Source: a virus
Lineage: Duplodnaviria; Heunggongvirae; Uroviricota; Caudoviricetes
Direction: 5' to 3' (one strand)
Virus record (IMG/VR): IMGVR_UViG_2545824717_000010
DNA length: 23,357 nt
This document shows positions 17,530 to 23,357 of this stretch, one piece after another; position 1 is the first letter of the stretch; each line of letters starts with the position of its first letter. The notes below the pieces were generated by a model that worked only from the letters and a program-made list of their open reading frames with translations, made no database searches and had not been told where the DNA came from. Position numbers and translations under genes: made by a program.

Positions 17530-18330
17530 ATGATTACTCCTGCACAGCAACACTGGCAGAACGTGATGGCACAGCGCGCAGGCCGGGCGAATGAAGGCGT
17601 GGACCACGCCGCGCGTACCGCGCATGAAGAGGTGCTGTATCGTCTGCGTCTGGCACAGGCCCGGCTTAAGGGCGTACAGGCCAGAAGCGCGAAAGCCGCC
17701 ATCAAAAAAGAGTTGTTGCCGGACTTTTCCGGCTGGATTGAAGGAACGCTGGAGGCTGACGGCGGGCAGCAGGATGAAGTGATTGCCACGCTGATGGTGT
17801 GGGCAATTGACTGCGGCGATCTTCCGCTGGCGCTGCGTATTGGTACGTATGTGGTCCGTCACAACCTCATTATGCCGGATAACTTTGGACGTACTGCCGC
17901 CACGGTACTGACCGAAGAAATCTGTAATCCGGTACTGACGCAGGCCGGGACGGATGCCGACGCGGATTTGTCCGCCTTTATCGAACCACTGGACACCCTC
18001 CGGGAGATTGTCACCGACCAGGACATGCCGGACGAAGTGCGCGCCAAATTATGCAAGGCGTGCGCCTTTGCCCGTCGTGGCCTGACCGATGCAGACAACA
18101 TGGCCTTATCACTGAAGCTGCTGCGCGAAGCGATGCACCTGAACCCGAACGCAGGTGTGAAACGCGAGATTGCAACCCTTTCCCGCGCCCTGAAAAAAGC
18201 CGATTCCGCAGCCGCACCAGAAGATGCCAGCACACCGCAGGCGCAGGACGAAAGCAGCAAAAGTAAAAAGACAACGCGGAAGCCTGCAACACGAAAAACC
18301 ACCGCGACGCAGAAGGCGAAGCGCGGTTAA
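17530..18330 (+). CDS. M: Terminase small (endonuclease) subunit, P2 gpM homolog
   Basis: 266 aa; position after N; basic C-terminal tail. Confidence 0.8.
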   Translation: MITPAQQHWQNVMAQRAGRANEGVDHAARTAHEEVLYRLRLAQARLKGVQARSAKAAIKKELLPDFSGWIEGTLEADGGQQDEVIATLMVWAIDCGDLPLALRIGTYVVRHNLIMPDNFGRTAATVLTEEICNPVLTQAGTDADADLSAFIEPLDTLREIVTDQDMPDEVRAKLCKACAFARRGLTDADNMALSLKLLREAMHLNPNAGVKREIATLSRALKKADSAAAPEDASTPQAQDESSKSKKTTRKPATRKTTATQKAKRG

Positions 18331-18431
18331 CGACTGACCCCGTCAGCGGGCGGCGTGCGCGGTGTTCCGGTTTGACTCCGTGACCGTTTACACCGCGCAC
18401 CCACCGCCCGATTTTTTCAGGAGTGAACCCC

Positions 18432-18926
18432 ATGAGTATGGTTGCCAGAACCAACCCCGGCCCCGCAGAGGACGACATCACCGATACCGATGATGGTGAT
18501 ACCCGTATTTCAGCGGGCGCATTCTGGCCGGATATTGTGCTGCGTGAGCTGCGTCTGGCGATACGACTGCCTAGCCGTGTGACCACCTCCCGCCTGCTGC
18601 ATACCGCCACCGGGGCCGTGGCACACGTTACCCGCGAGCTGGAAGCGTGGCAGAAGGAACAGCAGGCGGCTGGCCATCAGACGCTGGCCGATGTTCCGGC
18701 ACCCGTAATTAACGGAGAAAGCGTCAATCTCTGGCACTGGCGCAATGCTGTTTATACCGCCACGCGCGCCCTGATTCTGGAGCGTTACCGCGATGCGGAC
18801 ACAACGGACAAGGGCGACCGCCGGGCGGACGCACTGGATATACAGACATCGGATTTGTGGCGTGATGTGAGCTGGGCCATCTCTGACATTCTGTGTCGCC
18901 CGCGAATCTTTGCGGAGTTGTGCTGA
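18432..18926 (+). CDS. L: Head completion/stabilisation protein, P2 gpL homolog
   Basis: ATG at 18432 with RBS CAGGAG 8 nt upstream (the track ORF starts at GTG 18423); about 164 aa; position after M. Confidence 0.8.
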   Translation: MSMVARTNPGPAEDDITDTDDGDTRISAGAFWPDIVLRELRLAIRLPSRVTTSRLLHTATGAVAHVTRELEAWQKEQQAAGHQTLADVPAPVINGESVNLWHWRNAVYTATRALILERYRDADTTDKGDRRADALDIQTSDLWRDVSWAISDILCRPRIFAELC

Positions 18927-19126
18927 TGAAAGTGAAGGCACTGGAAGGCGACACCGTGGATTCGCTCTGTTTCCGGTACTACGGCACGACGCAGGGCGTC
19001 ACCGAAAAGGTGCTGGATGCCAACCCCGGACTCTGTCAGCAGGTATTTCTGGACGCCGGGCAGGAAGTTGAGATGCCGGAGCCGGAGAAGAAGAAACGAG
19101 AAATGATTCAGTTGTGGGGGGAGTAG
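18926..19126 (+). CDS. X: Tail protein X homolog (small LysM-like protein)
   Basis: 66 aa from ATG 18926 overlapping the L stop (TGATG); similar size to P2 X. Confidence 0.75.
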   Translation: MKVKALEGDTVDSLCFRYYGTTQGVTEKVLDANPGLCQQVFLDAGQEVEMPEPEKKKREMIQLWGE

Positions 19127-19128
19127 CA

Positions 19129-19452
19129 GTGAGCACCATTCAAACAGGGATCACAGAGCAGGTTATTGCGTGGCTCTTTGACCACCTGCCAACGGTGTAT
19201 GCAGTAGGCGCGGCGGTCAGCATTTCCGCGCTGATGAGTCTTTATGACGGACGAACACTGGTTCAGACCGTAACGGGATCGCTGGCGTGCGGCGTTCTTG
19301 CCATGGCCGTGGCCGGGTCGTTGCGCTTCTTCGGGGTTCCTGAAGATGCCGTGACGTTTATCGGCGCATCAATCGGTTTTATGGGTGCAGAGAAAGCACG
19401 CGACAAGGTTATTGCGGCCTTTAATCGCAGGGTGAAGGAGAAGGACGAATGA
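19129..19452 (+). CDS. Y: Holin (class I-like, multiple TM segments)
   Basis: GTG start at 19129 preceded by GGGGGAG (alternative GTG at 19114); hydrophobic segments and charged C-terminus; immediately upstream of the endolysin with ATGA overlap. Confidence 0.7.
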   Translation: MSTIQTGITEQVIAWLFDHLPTVYAVGAAVSISALMSLYDGRTLVQTVTGSLACGVLAMAVAGSLRFFGVPEDAVTFIGASIGFMGAEKARDKVIAAFNRRVKEKDE

Positions 19453-19841
19453 GCAACACATTTAAATTCAGCAGCCGGAGCGAAAAGAATTTGCAGGGCG
19501 TAAATCCTGATCTGGTGAAAGTGACCCGACGGGCACTGGAAATCTCGGAAGTGGATTTTGGTATCACCGAAGGGTTGCGCAGCCGTTACCGCCAGAAGCA
19601 ACTGGTGGCCACGGGTAAGAGCCAGACCATGAACAGCCGCCACCTTACGGGGCATGCCGTGGATGTTGTGGCTTATATCGGCAGCCAGGTGTCATGGGAA
19701 TGGCCGCTGTACGAAAAAATCGCAGCAGCATTCAGACAGGCCAGCCGGGAACTGAATATTCCGGTGGAATGGGGCGGCGACTGGAAGACCCTGAAAGACG
19801 GACCGCATTTTCAGTTACCACACGGAGCCTATCCGGCATGA
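19449..19841 (+). CDS. Endolysin, M15-family peptidase (L-alanyl-D-glutamate peptidase type)
   Basis: 130 aa; motifs SRHLTGHAVD and DGPHFQ match the zinc-binding H..D...H pattern of VanY/T5-endolysin-like peptidases as recalled. Confidence 0.8.
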   Translation: MSNTFKFSSRSEKNLQGVNPDLVKVTRRALEISEVDFGITEGLRSRYRQKQLVATGKSQTMNSRHLTGHAVDVVAYIGSQVSWEWPLYEKIAAAFRQASRELNIPVEWGGDWKTLKDGPHFQLPHGAYPA

Positions 19842-20245
19842 AGCTCTGGCCCACGCTTGGCGTCGCTTTCCTTCTGATTGCCGGATGGGGAACATCCATG
19901 CGTCTGTCGTGGTCGCTGGGCCGGGAGAACGCCAGAAACGAAGCACAGGCCAGCACCCTGAAAAGTACCGTCGACACCCTGAATATCATCAGCACCGGGG
20001 TACAGGATATGCAGCAGGTGCTGGCGCAACTCCGCGTGGAAAATCAACAGCGAAATCAGGACGGAGAGGCCAGACGTGAACAGCTACGCAACGATATTGC
20101 AAAAGATGAATGCGCCCACGCTTTGCCTGACGCTCGTTTTACTGACAGGTTGCGCAGGCACGCAGAACGCGCCACTGTCAGCGCCGTCAGTCCGGCTTAT
20201 ACCGCAGACGCTGACCATACCGGTAACGCCTCCCCCCTTCCCTGA
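19838..20245 (+). CDS. lysB: i-spanin (Rz/LysB-like)
   Basis: ATG 19838 overlaps the endolysin stop; N-terminal TM anchor (LWPTLGVAFLLIAGWG) then coiled-coil-like periplasmic domain. Confidence 0.7.
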   Translation: MKLWPTLGVAFLLIAGWGTSMRLSWSLGRENARNEAQASTLKSTVDTLNIISTGVQDMQQVLAQLRVENQQRNQDGEARREQLRNDIAKDECAHALPDARFTDRLRRHAERATVSAVSPAYTADADHTGNASPLP

Positions 20246-20396
20246 CACTCCCACATGGGGAAATCTCGGTATATGGGGCGACCGCCTTCTGGATGCACTG
20301 GAAACCTGTAACGCGGATAAACGGGCCATTGAATTACTGGAACAGCGCAGGCTGCAACGACTGAACAACGAGGACAACAACCATGCTGAAAACTGA
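20106..20396 (+). CDS. lysC: o-spanin lipoprotein (Rz1/LysC-like), overlapping the i-spanin gene in another frame
   Basis: ATG 20106; signal peptide with lipobox LLTGC; Pro-rich mature region; overlapping-frame arrangement typical of two-component spanins. Confidence 0.7.
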   Translation: MNAPTLCLTLVLLTGCAGTQNAPLSAPSVRLIPQTLTIPVTPPPFPDTPTWGNLGIWGDRLLDALETCNADKRAIELLEQRRLQRLNNEDNNHAEN

Positions 20397-20613
20397 TTCC
20401 CTGCGTGAAGCCATGACCCGTTCATGCCGATGGTGTCAGGCTAACCCGGAAAAATTCACCATCTTCGTGGAGAGCGGCAACATTGAAACGACAGGAGAAA
20501 CCCCATCGTTTGTTTACCGCTATCAGATGGTGATGTTTGTCATGGATTACGCCGGGGAGCTGGATGACCTCACGCTGCCGCTGCTGGCGTGGTTATACAC
20601 CTCAAAGATGTAG
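20383..20613 (+). pseudogene. R: Truncated tail completion protein R (N-terminal about 64 codons, then junction-derived sequence)
   Basis: N-terminus MLKTDSLREAM resembles P2 R start as recalled; ORF ends after 76 codons where the sequence becomes the reverse complement of an FI fragment. Confidence 0.55.
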
Positions 20614-21458
20614 GCGTTCGTTTCCGGTGTGCGGTTGCCCCAGAAGCGGAACCCGTTACGACGAATAATGGTCGTGATTTCTTTGTTGTTAAGGCTGTTG
20701 GCATCGCTGTCTTCGGCCTGCAACGACCAGAACACATGCCGGGACATCCCCAGCACATTTTTAACCGGAACGTTGGACAGTGATTTGTGCCAGCCCTGCT
20801 CATGGTCAATGTACGCACGAAGGCCGCACGCATAAGCAGGCGCGGGGAACGTTTCGTTTTTGCCACTTTTCGGGTTGTAGGCGATGAAGTCCGGCCATAA
20901 GAGCATCACCTCACGTTCGTTGAATTTCTGGCGGTAGGTAATTGCCTCTGCCATCGTGTTACAGCCATGACATGAGGCATACACAAACGCGCGCAGTTTA
21001 CCCGCAATCACGCACAGGGATTTTGTCACCGCCTCCGTGTCCAGCTCCGGCGCGGCCAGAATACGCGGACGGTATCCGATGCTTTCATCCTGCTCTGCAA
21101 CAAGCAGCGCATACATCCCCGTATAGCTGCCGTCAGATTCAGAACCACCGATAACCAGTTGATCCTGCGTCTTTCCGTTTTCTTCTTTGTGTTCAGCCAC
21201 GCGAACGACGATCACCTTTGTGCTCACCTGGTCTGCGATGGCCTTAAGCGCACGATAAAGCGTCCCCGTTGTCCCGCATTTTCCCAGCACGTCATTGACG
21301 CGGGTCAGCAGTGTGGGCTTGTTCAGCGGGAACAGCTTCGCGTCCGCATCATCCGCCGTTGCCACGATACCGATAACGCTGGAATCAACATCGTTAATCG
21401 CTGTTACCAGGTCGGTACTTTCCGTAACACGGGCACCATGAAAACGAGTTTCACTCAT
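20547..21458 (-). pseudogene. FI: N-terminal fragment (about 290 codons) of tail sheath protein FI, in inverted orientation
   Basis: Translation matches the recalled P2 FI N-terminal region (FPLNKPTLLT, GWHKSLSNV, TLIRRNGFRFWGNRT-like blocks) but is on the minus strand and ends in junction sequence; FII, E, T, U and S, V, W, J, I, H, G are absent. Confidence 0.7.
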
Positions 21459-21615
21459 AGCTTCAGCCCCTTGTATCCGTTAAATGATTCGGCAACAATC
21501 ATCACCCACCACGCGCGTAATCTCACCCCTGCGCCGTTCTCCCGCCACGGCGACAACAAAAAGCAGTAACCCCCTCCGCACGCACATGCGACCATGCCGC
21601 ACAGGGAGGGAGCAG

Positions 21616-22725
21616 ATGACCGACACCACCATGCAATTGCTCAGTCAGGGCACAGACCCCGTAAAAATGCCGGATTTTGATATTCTCGCGGAGGGTAAAA
21701 CGCTGTCAGGCGTGGCAGAGCGCCTGATGAGCCTGTCACTGACCGACAACCGGGGATTTGACGCGGACCAGCTCACCATCACGCTGGATGATGCGGATGG
21801 TCAGTTGCAGCTACCGCCACGGGGCGCGCGCCTGACGGTTCTCATTGGCTGGAAAGGAGAACCGCTGACAGAAAAAGGCACTTACATTGTTGATGAAATC
21901 GCTCACGAAGGACCGCCGGACAGGCTGACTGTTTCAGCCAGAAGCGCAGATTTTCGGGATGAATTTAACGTTAAACGTGAGGTGTCCTGGCATGATGTGA
22001 CCGTTGAGCGTGTGGTATCCGCCATCGCTCATCGGTATGGTCTGAAACCGCAAATCAGCGAAATGCTGATGGATATCGAAATCGACCACGCCGACCAGAC
22101 CGAAGAAAGCGACATGTCCTTCCTTACGCGCATGGCGGAAATGCTGGGCGCAATCACCACGGTAAAAAGCGGCAATCTGTTATTCATCATGCCAGGTGGT
22201 GGCGTGAACGCACAGGGCCAGCCGTTGCCCTCGTTCGCCATTACACGCAGCAGCGGCGATCGCCATCAGTTCCGCATTGCTGACCGCGAGGCGTATACGG
22301 GGGTACGCGCCTACTGGCTTGATCTTAATTACGGGAAAAAGAAAAAAGTCAGCGTGAAACGCCGTAAACCGCCAAAACCCAAAAAGGAGAAAAGCAGCAG
22401 CCGTGAAGGTGATTATATGGAAGGCGCGGAAGGCAATGTGTTTGTGTTACGCAAGACTTATCAGAACGAGCAGGCAGCAAGACGCGCAGCGGCGGCAAAG
22501 TGGCAGCAACTACAACGCGGAGCCGCATCATTCTCCATCACGCTGGCGCGTGGACGTGCAGAACTCTACCCCGAAATGCATGGCACGGTAACAGGATTTA
22601 AAAGCGAGATTGATAATAAGGACTGGATCATTGCAAAAGCCGAGCACACCATTGATAACAGCGGTTTTACCACGCAGCTTGAGCTTGAGGCAAAAATCCC
22701 GGAATGGATAGCGGAAACAGAGTGA
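21616..22725 (+). CDS. D: Tail protein D homolog
   Basis: ATG 21616 with strong RBS GGGAGGG; about 369 aa; immediately upstream of ogr as in P2. Confidence 0.8.
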   Translation: MTDTTMQLLSQGTDPVKMPDFDILAEGKTLSGVAERLMSLSLTDNRGFDADQLTITLDDADGQLQLPPRGARLTVLIGWKGEPLTEKGTYIVDEIAHEGPPDRLTVSARSADFRDEFNVKREVSWHDVTVERVVSAIAHRYGLKPQISEMLMDIEIDHADQTEESDMSFLTRMAEMLGAITTVKSGNLLFIMPGGGVNAQGQPLPSFAITRSSGDRHQFRIADREAYTGVRAYWLDLNYGKKKKVSVKRRKPPKPKKEKSSSREGDYMEGAEGNVFVLRKTYQNEQAARRAAAAKWQQLQRGAASFSITLARGRAELYPEMHGTVTGFKSEIDNKDWIIAKAEHTIDNSGFTTQLELEAKIPEWIAETE

Positions 22726-22765
22726 GCAACTTAGAATAGGCAGCACCACGTTAAGGGAGGTCGCT

Positions 22766-23026
22766 ATGTTCCGTTGTCCGCTTTGTGGCGCATCTGCCCG
22801 TATCCGCACCAGTCGTCCGGAAAATGATTCAAACACCGTGCGGCAAAAGTATTACCAGTGTAACAATCTGGAATGCGGCGTATGCTTCTCAACACTGGAA
22901 GCTTTCCATAAATTCACATCAAAACACGCCTCCGGCGTTCACTCTTCAGAAGGTATCCCGTGGCATGAGCTGCCAGCTTCACACAGGGGAAACAATCAGA
23001 TGAGTTTGCCTTTATCTCAGAATTAA
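22766..23026 (+). CDS. ogr: Ogr/Delta-family zinc-finger late transcription activator
   Basis: 86 aa; N-terminus MFRCPLCG; Cys-x2-Cys ... Cys-x4-Cys zinc-binding pattern (C4, C7, C32, C37); RBS AGGGAGG. Confidence 0.85.
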   Translation: MFRCPLCGASARIRTSRPENDSNTVRQKYYQCNNLECGVCFSTLEAFHKFTSKHASGVHSSEGIPWHELPASHRGNNQMSLPLSQN

Positions 23027-23216
23027 CAGGCAGAATTGCCGGAGTAACAAAAAAGCGATAGATTACGCGCGGGTGCCTTTCGGCTGATGGTCGGAGGGAA
23101 TACCCGAAGGCCAGATGTGGAAAGGCCCCGGAAAACATTTCTGTTTAACCGAGGCCCTGACCATCTAACCTTAGCAAGTGATAGGTTAGCGCCTCCCTGA
23201 AAAAGGAGCAAGCGCT

Positions 23217-23357
23217 ATGTCGCAAAAATCGCTTATGGCCATCACGTTCTGCGTGACGGCAATCCTCATCATCTGGATGCTGCACGGTTCGCTGTGTGAA
23301 ATACGGATGAGCTTCTGGGGAGCGGAGTTTGCGGCGTTCTTACAGTGTAAGCAGTAA
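23217..23357 (+). CDS. Hok/Gef-family type I toxin-like small membrane protein
   Basis: 46 aa MSQKSLMAITFCVTAILIIWMLHGSLCEIRMSFWGAEFAAFLQCKQ: N-terminal TM helix, SLCEIR motif and G..E.AAF motif characteristic of Hok/Gef peptides; RBS AGGAG 8 nt upstream; stop codon at the last 3 nt of the window. Confidence 0.7.
   Translation: MSQKSLMAITFCVTAILIIWMLHGSLCEIRMSFWGAEFAAFLQCKQ

Larger units (their letters stand above)
1..23026. mobile_element. P2-like prophage, defective (tail module deleted), spanning integrase to ogr
   Basis: Gene order int / repressor / early operon / A / cargo / Q-P / O-N-M-L-X / lysis / R fragment / FI fragment / D / ogr matches P2-family prophage organisation; homologs recognised from recalled P2 protein sequences. 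Attachment sites not identified; left att would lie at or beyond position 1. Confidence 0.85.

Noticed and set aside
16476-19000. Minus-strand ORFs of 125-200 aa overlapping N, M and L (for example 16576..17046, 17485..17862, 18011..18610, 18510..18941)
   Set aside because: Antisense to recognisable head and packaging genes; no RBS; composition typical of spurious frames.
20942-21569. Plus-strand ORFs 20942..21154 and 21159..21569
   Set aside because: Antisense to the FI fragment and spanning the rearrangement junction; no support as genes.
1-23357. tRNA or rRNA genes and attachment-site direct repeats
   Set aside because: No cloverleaf-like or rRNA-like sequence recognised by eye; att core repeats cannot be identified because the left flank of int is outside the window.

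Overview
Almost the whole window is one P2-like prophage in prophage gene order, running from the integrase (1..1002, minus strand) to ogr (22766..23026), with a Hok/Gef-like toxin ORF at the right edge. The backbone is: int; a lysogeny operon (HTH regulator plus two AT-rich cargo genes); a divergent early operon of small ORFs; replication initiator A (HUH rolling-circle type, 941 aa); a GC-rich non-coding stretch that is probably the packaging region; one unassigned gene; then Q-P and O-N-M-L-X head and packaging genes, holin, an M15-type endolysin, spanins, a truncated R, an inverted N-terminal fragment of tail sheath FI, and D-ogr. All other tail genes are missing, so this looks like a tail-less defective prophage. 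The best candidate for a new system is an AT-rich ~3 kb cargo island right after gene A, where P2 carries tin/old: a Dam-family N6-adenine methyltransferase tightly followed by an ABC-ATPase/TOPRIM (OLD-like) protein. I cannot assign this pair to a named defence system. A second candidate is the membrane protein plus periplasmic protein inserted between the repressor-like gene and int. All calls come from reading the sequence and recalled family knowledge; no searches were run, and GC contrasts are estimates by eye.
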